Translations under genes and position numbers: made by a program
The notes under the pieces: generated by a model
Told to the model about the DNA's origin: nothing
The model's input: only the letters and a program-made list of their open reading frames with translations
The model's database searches: none
In this document: positions 33,480 through 45,084 of the stretch, piece after piece
How positions within the stretch are numbered: the stretch's first letter is position 1
How the letters are laid out: every line of letters begins with the position of its first letter
Source of the DNA: an uncultured Nitrospinota bacterium
GTDB taxonomy: Bacteria > Tectomicrobia > Entotheonellia > J063 > CAVPRW01
Length of the DNA stretch: 64,000 nucleotides
Direction: 5' to 3'
Assembly (NCBI GenBank): GCA_963707985.1
Contig: CAVPRW010000031.1
Span: 96,001 to 160,000, forward strand

Positions 33480-36052
33480 TTAAGGCATCCCAACGGCCAG
33501 ATTGACTATCTTCATCAGGACCACCTGGTCCATAGGCCCATTGAGCAGTGCATCCAGGGCGGTCATACCTTCCTCGGGTTCGATGGAGCCGATGCCGGCC
33601 TGCCGCATGCGCTCCTGGTAGTCGGGGGACGAGACGATGCCGGTATGTCCCCAATAGCCCCAGTTGACGACCTTGACGCGGCCACGCCAGTAGCGTGAGA
33701 GGGCACTGGCAAAGGCATCCTTGAAGGTGCAACCGGCAGCGTAATTGCTCTGGCCTGGTGACTTGGAGAAGGATTGCGCGGATGAGAAGAACAGGGTGAA
33801 GTCCAGGTCTTCCTGCGCAAACACCTGGGCGAGACGGACGCAGACATCGACCTTGGCCGCAAGTCCGGCTCGAAAACGCACCTCGTCCATCCCAACCAGG
33901 CCCTTGTCCTCGAGCACGATGGCTGCATGGATGACGCCGTGAATGTGAGGATGGTGCCGCTTGATCGCGGTATAGGCCCGTTCCAGGGCCTCGCGGTCGG
34001 TAGCGTCAGCGCTGAGATAGATGCGCGCTGGGCCAAGCCGAGCGAGGTCATCCAGTTTCGCCTGGATCTCGGCGTCCTTGGGTCGCCTGCCGATCCAGAT
34101 GATGTGGGCGCCGTATTTTTCGATCATGAAGCGGCTCCAGATGGCGCCCAGCCCGCCAGCCCCGCCGATCACCACATAGACGCCGTTTTGGCGATACACC
34201 TGGCCGTCCGCAGCAAGGTTGCGCACGGGGACCAACTCCTGGCGGAACCATTCTCCTCCCCGGTAGGCCCAGGCGTTGCCCGCACTGTCCGGCGGCAAGC
34301 GAAGCATCTGCTGGATGACGAGTGGAGAATCGCCTGGCCCAGCCCAATCCTCGGTACCCTCCAGGTCAATCAGGCGAGTGCGCCAGTGAGGATACTCTTT
34401 GGCCATGCTGCCGGCCAGCCCGTGCAGGGCTGCATGGGCCGGGTTAATAAGGTCTCGGGCATGGACGGCCTGTGCCAGGGTGGTGACCAGGGTCCAATCC
34501 AGCTCGTGGACCCCGTAACCACGGGAAAGCATGGCTTTGACCAGTCTGAAAACCGACAGCACACCCCGTTCCTGCTCGTAAATCAGCGTTTCGTCGGCCG
34601 GTGAAATACATTCGTGCTCGGGCGCGACGACGATGATGTGACGGATCGGCTCCACAGCGGCCAGGCGCTCAGCGATGGCCTCAATCTCGTCGTCCTCATG
34701 TGTGTCAAACACATTCACTTCAGGATAAATACGCCGCAGCACGGCACGCTGGCGTTCGGTGCCGCCGACGATCAGGACTCGGTTGTCTGGAGAAGAATCG
34801 TCGCCTCGCGCCGCAGCGGGTACGGCCATCCAGGACGGGACGAGCATCATGGTCTCTGCCGTGTCTGTGCCGGCGGAAGCGTGCGCACCGTTTCCCGAGG
34901 CGAATGTTGGCTCCGCGCAGGAATCATCTGGCATCATGGGATTCAGGTCGAAACCATCGAGCCAGTAGCGTTCTCTGGCGAAGGGGTAGGTGGGCAAGCT
35001 GACGCGACGGGGTAACCTGTGACTCAGCCCTGCCGTGGTATAGAGCTTTTGCCAATCGATATATAGGCCCTTGACCCACAGCTCCAACAGTTTCTCGTAT
35101 TTCCCTTTAGCGATCCAGGCGTCGATGGCAGTAGCCATATCCTCATCCGCCGCGAACAGCGCCAGCGCCTCCTTATGGCGGTCGACCTGGCCGCGATACA
35201 GCGACTCCCCGTAGAACTCTTCCTCATGCAGAAAGGCTTGCAGCCCGGCCTTGAGCTCGTCCAGCGAGCTGGCCATGAAAGCAAGGCGTTCATCCATCGC
35301 TTCCCGACCCACCTGCAGCGTATAGGCAATGGCAGCCAGATCGTGGGTGACAGCCCCATCGCACAACACGCGGTGCAGATTGGCGGCTATCTGCTTCAGG
35401 CTCTCCGCGTTACGCGCTGACAACACGATCACGCACGGCGTTGCGGACTCAGCCGCGACCGGTTCAGGGGCGCGGTATTCCTCGACTACCAGATGTGCGT
35501 TGGCCCCGCCAGCGCCGAACGAAGAGATGCCGGCGATTCTTGGGATCTCCCGCTCGCCATCCCCATTGCTCTTGATCATAGGCCGATTCCAAGCGGTGAA
35601 CTCGCGTTGCACCACGAACGGGGTAGCGCTGAAGTCGATATGCGGATTGGGGACCTCGGCGTGGAGGGAGGGCACCAGCTCGCCATGCTGCAATTGCAGC
35701 AGGACTTTGGTCAGCCCGGCAATCCCAGCGGCACTTTCTCCGTGCCCGATGTTCGATTTGACGGAGCCGATGGCGCAAAATTGCTTCTTCTGGGTGTAGC
35801 GCTCGAAGGCCTGCGTCAGACCCGCAATCTCGATCGGATCGCCCAATGCCGTGCCCGTACCGTGGGCCTCGACGTAACTCACGGTGTCCGCAGAGATACC
35901 CGCCCGCTCCAGAGCATCCGCGATCACTTGGGCCTGGGCCTTGGGATTGGGCACGGTGTAGCCGTTGGTTTTGCCACCGGCATTCACCATGCTGCCCTTG
36001 AGCACGCCGTAGATGTGGTCGCCATCGGCGATGGCCTTGTCCAGGAGTTTTA
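33480..36052 (-). pseudogene. Trans-AT PKS middle segment: C-terminal half of KS plus KR
   Basis: Starts mid-KS (KLLDKAIADG, HGTGT, NIGHGES); KR GGAGGLG, GQSNYAAG; ends at the KR C-terminus. Confidence 0.9.
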
Positions 36053-37212
36053 TACATACCGAGTCCATAAATGATGATTTTCTGAGCTACAGAGACGACG
36101 TATAATGGAGCCTCTGACTGGGCATTTGTCTTCTCCAGAGGGATTGTGGGCGTTGAGGTCTCTATGATCCAGATTGAGTTTCCCCCTGAAGCTCTTGAAG
36201 CTTTGCACTACGAACGCTATCATCATCCTCACCCGCGGATGCAACGCAAGATGGAGGCTTTATGGTTGAAGAGTCAAAAACTTCCTCATAAGGAAATTGC
36301 CCGTCTCACAGGCATTTCGATTACTACCGTGACGAGTTATGTCCGTACGTATAAGCAGGGTGGTCTTGAAAAGCGTAAATAAGTGAGTTTCTATAAACCT
36401 CAAAGCCACTTATGTACGCATACGTCGACACTGGAATCCTATTTTTTGACACATCCTCCGGCAACAATACAAGAAGCGGTGAATAGTATTACAGAACTTA
36501 CTGGAATCAAAAGAAGTGAGACACAAGTACGCAAGTTTTTAAAATCGAGAGGTCTCAAACGTCGTAAAGTCGGCATGATCCCTGCGAAAGCAGATATCCA
36601 GAAGCAAGAGCAGTTTAAAAAACAGCATTCGAACCGCGCCTGGAGGAAGCCAAATCTGGCACAAGAGCAGTCTTTTTCGTGGATGCAGTGCATGGTGTTT
36701 TTTCCTCATTTTTAGGCTTTCGCTGGTGTTTCTCCCGCATGTTTGTAAAGGCACCTGCTGGGAGACCACGCGTGAATATTCTTGGAGCTCTCCATGCTGT
36801 GACACATGAACTGCTGACAGTCACACATGATTCTTACAGTAATGCGCACACTACCTGCACACTTCTCGGACAGCTCGATGCTCTACATCTTGAGATGCCA
36901 ATGACACTCGTCTTGGACAATGCCAGATAGCAAAAATGTTCACTTGTGCTGGAATGTGCAGCATCATTGAATATTGAGCTCCTGTATTTGCCTGCATATT
37001 CTCCTAACGTAAATCTCATTGAGTGTCTATGGAAACTTATGAAGAAAAAATGTCTCTATTCGAAGTATTACGAAGATTTTACAGCATTGAAAATCGCTAT
37101 TTTTGGCTTTTTCAGAGACACCCAAACTATTTACAAAAGTGCAGTGAGTTCTTTGCTTACTTTGCATTTTCAAACTTTTGAAGAATCATAAATTATAAAC
37201 TCGTGAAGTATA
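36051..37212 (+). mobile_element. IS630-family element with disrupted transposase
   Basis: TA at both ends; imperfect IRs TATACATACCGAGTCCATAAATGATGATT / TATACTTCACGAGTTTATAATTTATGATT; LVLDNAR and LPAYSPNVNLIE motifs; low GC; internal stops. Confidence 0.9.
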
Positions 37213-39324
37213 GCTGTCAGTCGAGGAGAACAGGCGCACGACATGATTGTGCTGCACCAGGGTAGCCTTGGGGGTTCCGGTGCTACCCGAGGTGTATATG
37301 ACATATGCCAGATGGTGTGGCTGAGCTCCGCTCTGAAGCGCCTGTGGCGCACCGTCGCGCACGGCCTGTTCCACCACAGGCCAGTCCGAGTCCAGCGCGA
37401 GAGAACGGATGTTCTGGCTCAATGTGGTGATTTTCCCCGTCTGGGCGGCCTGCGTCAGGATCAGCCGCACCCCACTGTCGCGGATCATGTAGGCCAGACG
37501 GTCGGGGGGATAGGCTGGGTCCAGGGGTACATAGGCTCCCCCAGCCTTGAGAATGCTCAGGAGACCGACGATCATCTCCAACGACCGTTCTACGCAGATC
37601 CCTACCAGACTCTCAGGCTGCACACCCTGCTGTTGCAGGTAGATCGCCAGGAGAGTACTACGCGCATCTAGCTCTGCATAGGAGAGTGACTGCTCCTCGC
37701 ATGTCACGGCGATGGCGTCCGGGGTGGCCCTCGTCTGGTGTGCAAACATCTCGTGAATACAGACGTCCGCCCCCCCCTCCTGGCCAACTGGAAGAGGTAC
37801 AGCTCCTTCAAGTCCCCTTCCTCCTAGCGCGGGGAACGGTTGAGATGGAGGGACAGAGCGGAGCAGCCAGGCGGCTTCGGTGGAGGTGAGCAGTGCATAC
37901 GCATCCAGAGGCCGGTTTGGATCCCGAAGCACGCCTTCAGCCAGAGTCGTCAGGTGCCACAGCATTCGTTCGATAGTCACGAGATCGTAACGCTCGGGGT
38001 TGTATTTCAGGTTGAGCACGAAGTGGTCACAGTGTCGCACAACCTCCAACGTCAGTTCGAACTCGCCCTCCTGGTGAATCTCATCCACGAACTCGATGGC
38101 CAGGGCCTGGCCGTATGTATGGCCAAATGCTTCGCGCTCCTGTTGCTGGACGAAGTTCTGGTAGGCGAAACAGACCTGGAACACGGGTGCATGACCACGG
38201 GCAGGCGTCAGGTGTAGCCCGCGGACCACAGCAGGAAAGGGGTAGGCCGCGTGGTCGAGGCCATCCACCAGGGTCAGCTCCAGCTCGCGGATGAAATCTG
38301 CAAAAGTCCGCCTGCCATCGATCCGACTCCGGAGGGCGATCATGTTGACGAAGTAGCCGACTAGGGCCTCAAAGCGCTCCTGCGAACGGCCCATGGTCGG
38401 CAGGCCGACGATGAGGTCTTCCTGGCCGCTATAGCGATAGAGCAAAACCTTGAACAGGGCGAGGAACACCACCGACGGGTTTACCTGTAGGGATTCGGCA
38501 AAGGCCTGGATAGTCTGGCTCAACGCGACCGCAAGCGAAGTCGTCTGGGTTCTCCCCTCGAACAGGCAGGCCTCATCCTCATGAGGTCGGGCGTTGGGCA
38601 GCTCCAGAACTGGTAACGGGCCGGCCAATTGTTCTTGCCAGTAGGCAAGATGCTCACGCCCCTCATCACCAGCCACCACCGCCTGTTCCCAGGCCACGAA
38701 ATCCGCGTAAGTGGCTGCAACGGGGATCAGCACCGGAGGTTCGCCCGCGACCATGGCAAGATACGCATCCAGCAGGGTAGTGATCATGGGGAGAAGGGAC
38801 CTGCCGTCAACAATGATATGGTGCATGCTGCAGAGCAGAAATTGTTCTGCCGGTCGTCCATCGCCGGCAGGGATGGTCAACAGGTGCACGCGTAGCAACG
38901 GACCGTGCTCCAAGGCAAATGGAGCCTTGGCCAATTGCCGTAGATAGTCCAGGACCTCGGTACGTTCGAGCGCTGGCGACAATGTTTCTACCTGGAAACA
39001 CGGTGAGGAGGATGGACGGGATACCAGGAACGGCACTCCGTTCTCTACTTGGATCACGCTCGTCAGAATGGGGAATTGTTCCAACAGGAAAGCGCACGCC
39101 TCCCGGAGCCTCTCCGGGTCCAGCACACGCCCGAGCCTGAGGCAGACAGGCACGTTATAGGCGCTCATGTCCGGTGCCAGCTTTTGCAGCATCCACAGGC
39201 CACGCTGGCCCTCGGAAAGGGGTGTCCGCGTTGCCTGTTGCGCCAGTACACGGAGCCATTCCTTCAGCTCGGTGGTGGACAATCTACCGGCTTTATATGC
39301 ATCGATAATTTCCGCTGGCCTCAT
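37211..39324 (-). pseudogene. NRPS N-terminal segment: docking domain, C domain, truncated A domain
   Basis: LSEGQRGLW, HHIIVDG, LSYAEL, LKAGGAYVPLD, AYVIYTSGSTGTPK; cut by IS630. Confidence 0.9.
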
Positions 39325-39419
39325 GTAGTAGGTCCTCGGTCACCTGCGAGATTGGGTAGCTTTCCGTAGAACACGCTGCAGCTCGCCCACTGCCGCAGCA
39401 CGGTTCGAGCAAAATCGAA

Positions 39420-39660
39420 GCCCCTGGGCTGGCACAGCACCACATCAAAGGTCTGGTCATCGAACGGCAGGGCTTCCAGATTGCCCTTATGCCAGGCCAT
39501 CGACGCCCCGAGACCCGGCGGCAGGGTCCGCGCCACAATACCTGTGCCACAAACGGCATCCAAGACCCGTTCACCGGGCTGCAATGCCCCCTGTGCAACC
39601 AGGAAGACAGCCCGGGGTGCACAAAGAACGGGAACCAGACACTGCTCGTAGGCTTGGGGT
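39420..39660 (-). pseudogene. Class I SAM methyltransferase remnant
   Basis: PGERVLDAVCGTGIVAR, ALPFDDQTFDVVLCQ. Confidence 0.65.
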
Positions 39661-39759
39661 AGCTGGTGATCGACCGATAGCTCGCCTACAGTTGAGATCC
39701 CCCTAGGCGGCGCGGCATAGCTGCCATGATCGCGCGCTCGGTGGACACGCGGAAGTGAG

Positions 39760-39959
39760 CTGCCCCCCCGCATGAGGAGCTGGAGTATCTTACGCGCTCG
39801 TCCGCCACGCTCATATGCATCGACACTGAGCCCGATCACGGCCACTTGGCCCCATCCAGTAATCACGCGGGGTTGTGGTGAGACTTGCTTGCGCTTAAGG
39901 AGTGCGGCCGCGTTTTGGGACAGGTTGCTGACGGGGATGGTCTCTGGGATTTGGGCCAT
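39760..39959 (-). pseudogene. Phd/YefM antitoxin remnant
   Basis: MAQIPETIPVSNLSQNAAALL..PRVITGWGQVAVIGLSVDAYE. Confidence 0.6.
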
Positions 39960-40193
39960 CGGCATCATCCCCGAACATGCCGCTAAGCATACTGCTAGAA
40001 GACACCCGAAACAAGAGGATTGTGGCCCTCGCCCCGCCCTCTCCCGGAGGGAGAGGAGAAATGGGAGCCAGGTGCGCCTCAGGGAAGGATGGAGGGAAAA
40101 CGGTGGTATTCTCAAGGTCAAGATGCATTGCGTATGCAGTCCAGGAGATCTTGGATCAACGTAGGTAAGGCGCCCTCATGAGGAGTATCGAAC

Positions 40194-41474
40194 ATGGTGT
40201 TACCACCGATGACTGTACGAGCATTGGCGACTGCCGGCGAGCGCGAGACGCACTGTCAATTTGCGGATCAGGCGTTCTCCCGTGAGCCGTCCCCTGCAAG
40301 CGCCAGGGATTGGTATCAGTTTGTCACAACGATGCCCGGGTACCGACCGGAGCAGCTGAGGGGTGCCTTTCGCAATGGCGAACAGGTAGGAAGCTATTCT
40401 CTTCATGAACGGACCATGCATGTGGGGATGGCACGGCTGCTCACGGGGTGTATCGGAGCGGTCGTGACCTATCCTGAGCATCGTCGCCAGGGCGTGGCGA
40501 CGGCGCTCATGCAGGATGCCATCGACTATGCTCAGTCCCACGGCTATCCGTTACTCTTACTCGATGGTATTCCCAAATTCTATGACCGCTACGGCTATGA
40601 TGACGTCTTTGATGTGTCCGTTCAGGATATCGATCGCGCTGCCGTACTGGCACAACCATCGGGTCCTCTGCACCTGCGGCCTGTGACGCTAGAGGATGCA
40701 GAGCATATGGTGACCCTATACAACCGCCACTTTGGACCCTTGACGGGCAGCTTCACGCGTACGGTGGAGTGGCAGCATCACCGGCTCCAGTACCGGTCAG
40801 CCGATAATCCGCTTTGGCTGGCCGTCGATGCTGCCGGGGGTCCCCAGGGCTATTTAGCTTTGCAGGGAAGTACGGAGAGTCTCCAGGCCCAAGAGTTGGC
40901 AGCGGATACATGGGCTGCAGCTCTGGCGTTGTTGCAGCATCATGCCCACTTGCTGGAGGGTCCCAATGCTCCCACCGTGCTCCGTTATCGTATCCCTCCC
41001 AGCGCTCCAGTCTTGTACGACATGATCGATGCCTTGCAAGTACCGGATACCTCACACTGGCGGCATCCGCCCGAAGAGTGGGCTATTCGCCATCAGACAT
41101 ATCACCATCGCTTTGCGGCTTGGATGGCACGCCTAGTGAGCCTGCCGGCGTTGGCACAGGCACTCCTGCCTGAATGGCAGGCACGCTGGCAACAATCCCT
41201 GGCGCACTGGACAGGAACCATCGCTCTGATGGTTGGTGCGGACACGTGTACGTTGCACTTCGACAACACCCAACTGCAACTCATTGATGCGCCTGATAGC
41301 GCCATCGCTGTGCGCTTGTCCGCGCAACGGTTCATGCAACTCGTGTTCGGTTATCGCCCTGTTGCCTCGATCTTGCGACAGGAGGCTCAGTCACCACCCG
41401 CTGCAGCGGTTGCTGTCCTCAATGTCCTCTTCCCATACGGCCAGACCTGGATTCCAGTATCTGATTGGTTTTGA
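40194..41474 (+). CDS. GNAT N-acetyltransferase (Eis-like)
   Basis: IGAVVTYPEHRRQGVATALM, GIPKFYDRYGY; C-terminal SCP2-like region. Confidence 0.88.
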   Translation: MVLPPMTVRALATAGERETHCQFADQAFSREPSPASARDWYQFVTTMPGYRPEQLRGAFRNGEQVGSYSLHERTMHVGMARLLTGCIGAVVTYPEHRRQGVATALMQDAIDYAQSHGYPLLLLDGIPKFYDRYGYDDVFDVSVQDIDRAAVLAQPSGPLHLRPVTLEDAEHMVTLYNRHFGPLTGSFTRTVEWQHHRLQYRSADNPLWLAVDAAGGPQGYLALQGSTESLQAQELAADTWAAALALLQHHAHLLEGPNAPTVLRYRIPPSAPVLYDMIDALQVPDTSHWRHPPEEWAIRHQTYHHRFAAWMARLVSLPALAQALLPEWQARWQQSLAHWTGTIALMVGADTCTLHFDNTQLQLIDAPDSAIAVRLSAQRFMQLVFGYRPVASILRQEAQSPPAAAVAVLNVLFPYGQTWIPVSDWF

Positions 41475-41890
41475 GTCACGTATGGCAGCGCTGTCGCTTC
41501 AACCCGGTGCTACGACACATGCCCACCGCGTTCAGGAGGGATCAAATTTCGACTTCAATTCAGCCCTTCCCTGGTGAACCTGCCGTAGTTCGCCACGAAT
41601 CCGGTCAAGCCAGGGGGTCGCTACTCCTCACCATGGAACCCAACGATGTCAGCCGTCGTCGAGCCAGACGCCATGGCTGCTGATCTCGGCCGGAAAGCGA
41701 GGGTGTGTGAAGGGGGTGAGTGGTGCGGCTGGGGTCACAGCAGCGCCACGATGGTCTATCGGGCTGAGGCGAGGGCGTTCCGCTCACAAGGAGCCCTGGT
41801 TGCGGAAGGCGTATGCCACATTAGGCGGAGGCTGTATAGGTTTGTCGAGAATTTGACAAGGCCCTCTGGTGAGGTCGGTGCTCATACGGT

Positions 41891-42421
41891 TCATGCTGCA
41901 GTGACCACGTGGCAATCAATCTCTACGGCGATGCTGCGTTGAAGCAGGTCAACCGAGAGAATCAGTAGCCCTTTCGTGGGTTTGCTCCGCAGCAAAATGC
42001 CTTCCACCCCTCGCAACGATCCTTGGGTAATGCGTACTCGTTGCCCTTCCTGAAGGTATGGATGGGGCATGACGGGTATCGACGCACGTAAGGTGGTTTG
42101 AATCGCCTCGATTTCGGCGTCCGGTACGATGCTCGGTTTCTCCCAGGACTCACCAAGGATGCGCACCAAACCACGAGCCTTGCGCACTTCGATAGAGCTG
42201 CTCTTATCGATGGTATGCTGCAAGAACAGGTAACTGGGAAACATGGGCACGGAGATGAGATGTCGTTTCCCCGCCCGGCGCGACCATGTGGCAATCTTGG
42301 GTAGGAACATGAGAAAGCCCTTGGCCGCCAATTGATCGCAGACTAACTGCTCACAGTGGCTGCGGGTGTGGAGGACGTACCAAAGAGGTCTCTGCCCATC
42401 CTCAGACTGCTGTGTGCGCAT
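41891..42421 (-). CDS. NusG-paralog antiterminator (UpxY/LoaP/RfaH group)
   Basis: WYVLHTRSHCE, PMFPSYLF, KOW GQRVRITQGSLRGVEG. Confidence 0.88.
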   Translation of the reverse strand: MRTQQSEDGQRPLWYVLHTRSHCEQLVCDQLAAKGFLMFLPKIATWSRRAGKRHLISVPMFPSYLFLQHTIDKSSSIEVRKARGLVRILGESWEKPSIVPDAEIEAIQTTLRASIPVMPHPYLQEGQRVRITQGSLRGVEGILLRSKPTKGLLILSVDLLQRSIAVEIDCHVVTAA

Positions 42422-42823
42422 GGCTGTGCTCGCCCATCTTTGCTGTTCCGCCCTTCAACAAAGTGTTTCCCCTCAGGCTGAGGCAAATCATCCAGGGCTA
42501 CCGGAAAGGAGGTTACCGCCCATGTGTCAAGAATCGGTTATGCCGACGTTAAATTTTGATGTCTTTTTGCGTGAGGTGCTAACGCCGGGGCTACAGAGCA
42601 GCGGCAGCCCTGGTTGACTTGCATTCCGGCCCGGCATCGCCCATATTCACCGCCGATGACAGAGGTTGAGACCGCACACGTTCTTTTAAGGAGGCGGGCG
42701 ATGAGGCCGAGTTCTGGTTTCCCGCAAATCTCTGAATCGCCTCATCCTGCTCATCCACGCCGCTCTATGAAGCGATGCCGAGATTGAATCGAGCATTCCC
42801 ACTCTTTGCCGACGAGGTCAGTT

Positions 42824-43693
42824 ATGGCGTGCAACCCGGACGTGCTGAAACAAGTGCCGTTATTCGCCCTTCTAGACGAGGAAGAGAGGGCGGTGTTGGC
42901 TGCACAGGTCGACATCAAGGCCTTTGCCAGCCGCCAGCGCATATACAAGACGGGCGATCCCGGAGGACGAGCCTACGTCCTGATTTCGGGAGTAGTTCGA
43001 GTCACCACCGTCGATGAGGATCATCAGGAAGTCGTCATCCATGAACCGGCGGCCGGAGAGTTCTTTGGTTTCGCCTCCATGCTCGAGCGCACACCGCACC
43101 AAACTGAGGCCAATGCCCTGGAAGACAGCGTCTGTCTCGAAGTCGATCGTACGCACATCTCCGTGTTGGTCCAACGCAAACCAGATGCAGGGATGGACAT
43201 GCTCACGGTCTTAGGCCGTCAGCTGCACGCCGCCCAGGAGTTGGTGCGTAGTCGCGCCATGCGTAACCCGAACGAGGTGATCGAGAAGGAAGCCACGTTT
43301 GGCGAGCGCATTGCTGACTCAGTCGCCCGCTTTGGAGGCTCCTGGTCCTTCATCATCACGTTTGGGGTGGTGTTGGCCGTGTACACGACTGCCAATGTGT
43401 TATTGGACCGCTCTGCCTGGGATCCCTATCCGTTCATTTTGTTGAACTTGTTCCTATCTATGCTGGCTGCCATCCAGGCGCCTGTGATCATGATGAGTCA
43501 GAATCGCCAGGACGCCAAGGATCGCCTGCGAGGTGAGCTCGACTACGATGTCAACCGCCGCGCCGAGGTGCAGATCCAAGGACTGGCGCACAAGCTGAAC
43601 TTGTTGGGTGAGAAGATCGACGACGTCGAAGATCTGCTTCGCGAAAGACTGCCACGCAGCGAGGGCAGTGATTCCAGACCCGTAACGTCCTGA
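42824..43693 (+). CDS. cNMP-binding/DUF1003 membrane protein
   Basis: LKQVPLF, GEFFG; FGGSWSFII, DPYPFILLNLFLS, APVIMMSQNRQ. Confidence 0.9.
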   Translation: MACNPDVLKQVPLFALLDEEERAVLAAQVDIKAFASRQRIYKTGDPGGRAYVLISGVVRVTTVDEDHQEVVIHEPAAGEFFGFASMLERTPHQTEANALEDSVCLEVDRTHISVLVQRKPDAGMDMLTVLGRQLHAAQELVRSRAMRNPNEVIEKEATFGERIADSVARFGGSWSFIITFGVVLAVYTTANVLLDRSAWDPYPFILLNLFLSMLAAIQAPVIMMSQNRQDAKDRLRGELDYDVNRRAEVQIQGLAHKLNLLGEKIDDVEDLLRERLPRSEGSDSRPVTS

Positions 43694-43843
43694 CGCAGTA
43701 GGCGTGTAACAGACTATTGTTCTCTGTCGGGCAGCAGTGGCCGAGAGCGGCGTCGAGTGAGCTCCATGAGAATAGTATATCTGCCCATTGCCTCTGCAAG
43801 TTTCAGCATCGACATCTGAGAGTTGGCTCATGAAGGAGGACTC

Positions 43844-44974
43844 ATGGCACGGCCAGAAGACATTGCGCGCTACCGCATCAATCTGCAAGGGGAAATCGAT
43901 GGGGCTATGCTCTACCGCACCATGGCCGAGGTGGCATCTCAGCCACAGCTCGCAGAAATCTACCGGCGCCTGGCGACGGTCGAGGAAGCGCATGCCGGGC
44001 TCTGGGAACGGCAGCTGCGCCAGGCGGGTCTGTCGGTGCCACCGCGACGGCCGAGCTGGCGAGCACAGACCCTACGTTGGTTAGCGAAGCGCCTGGGCGC
44101 GTCATGGGTGCTCCCCACCCTTGCGACTATGGAACACGCGGACCAACACATGTATGACACCCAGCCGGAAGCTAGACAGACCACGTTGCCCGCCGATGAA
44201 CGGTCCCATGCTCGCCTCCTGCGGGCTATCGCGGGGGCGTCCCCTATGGGCATGGAGGGTCGGACGCTGGCTCGCCTTGAGGGGCGGCATCGGGCCGTTG
44301 GGGGAAATGCCCTCCGGGCAGCAGTCCTGGGGGCGAATGATGGTCTGGTGTCCAATCTGAGCCTGGTGATGGGTGTTGCTGGGGCGGATCTGTCGGGCCA
44401 AGGTATCCTGGTCACCGGACTGGCAGGTTTACTGGCAGGTGCCTGTTCCATGGCCATGGGAGAATGGGTCTCAGTGCAAAGCTCTCGCGAGCTCTCACAG
44501 CGCCAACTCGCCATTGAGGCGGACGAGATTGCCGCGGTCCCGCAGGAAGAACAGCAGGAATTGGCACTGATTTACGAGGCGAAAGGATTGAGCCCTGACG
44601 AGGCGGGCAAAGTGGCCGCGGAGCTGATGGCGGACAAAGGGAAGGCTCTGGAGACGTTAGCGCAAGAGGAGTTAGGCCTCGACCCCGAGCAGCTAGGTGG
44701 GTCGCCCTGGGTGGCGGCGGCGACGTCATTCATCCTTTTCGCCATCGGTGCTATCCTGCCAGTCGCTCCGTTTACGGTCCTCACCGGGATGCCTGCTGTC
44801 ATGGCCAGCCTTGGGGTCAGCGCCGCAGCTCTATTCGTGATCGGGGCGGCGATTACGCTGTTCACAGGGCGGAACGCGCTGTATGCTGGGAGCCGCCAAT
44901 TACTCTTTGGCTTGGCGGCAGCTGGACTGACGTATGGCATTGGCCGGCTGATCGGCGTGACCCTGGCTGGCTGA
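43844..44974 (+). CDS. VIT1/CCC1 transporter with rubrerythrin-like N-terminus
   Basis: EEAHA, ERSHA; RAAVLGANDGLVSN, SMAMGEWVSV. Confidence 0.9.
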   Translation: MARPEDIARYRINLQGEIDGAMLYRTMAEVASQPQLAEIYRRLATVEEAHAGLWERQLRQAGLSVPPRRPSWRAQTLRWLAKRLGASWVLPTLATMEHADQHMYDTQPEARQTTLPADERSHARLLRAIAGASPMGMEGRTLARLEGRHRAVGGNALRAAVLGANDGLVSNLSLVMGVAGADLSGQGILVTGLAGLLAGACSMAMGEWVSVQSSRELSQRQLAIEADEIAAVPQEEQQELALIYEAKGLSPDEAGKVAAELMADKGKALETLAQEELGLDPEQLGGSPWVAAATSFILFAIGAILPVAPFTVLTGMPAVMASLGVSAAALFVIGAAITLFTGRNALYAGSRQLLFGLAAAGLTYGIGRLIGVTLAG

Positions 44975-45084
44975 CAGCCGCTGCGCACGTTGATGGACGC
45001 GGATATTGCGGCCAACCGGGCCTTCAAGAGCCGCGAGGCAGGGAAACGGAAAATGCCCAGCCACGCTGCCCCACACCGCCTGAA

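Noticed and set aside
8669..39324. Assignment to a named compound (e.g. pederin, onnamide or calyculin type) or A-domain substrate
   Set aside because: The A-domain specificity pocket is deleted and KS clades cannot be assigned without phylogeny
39321..40121. 266-aa ORF as a genuine fusion protein
   Set aside because: Accidental read-through of a palindromic repeat, a Phd remnant and a methyltransferase remnant
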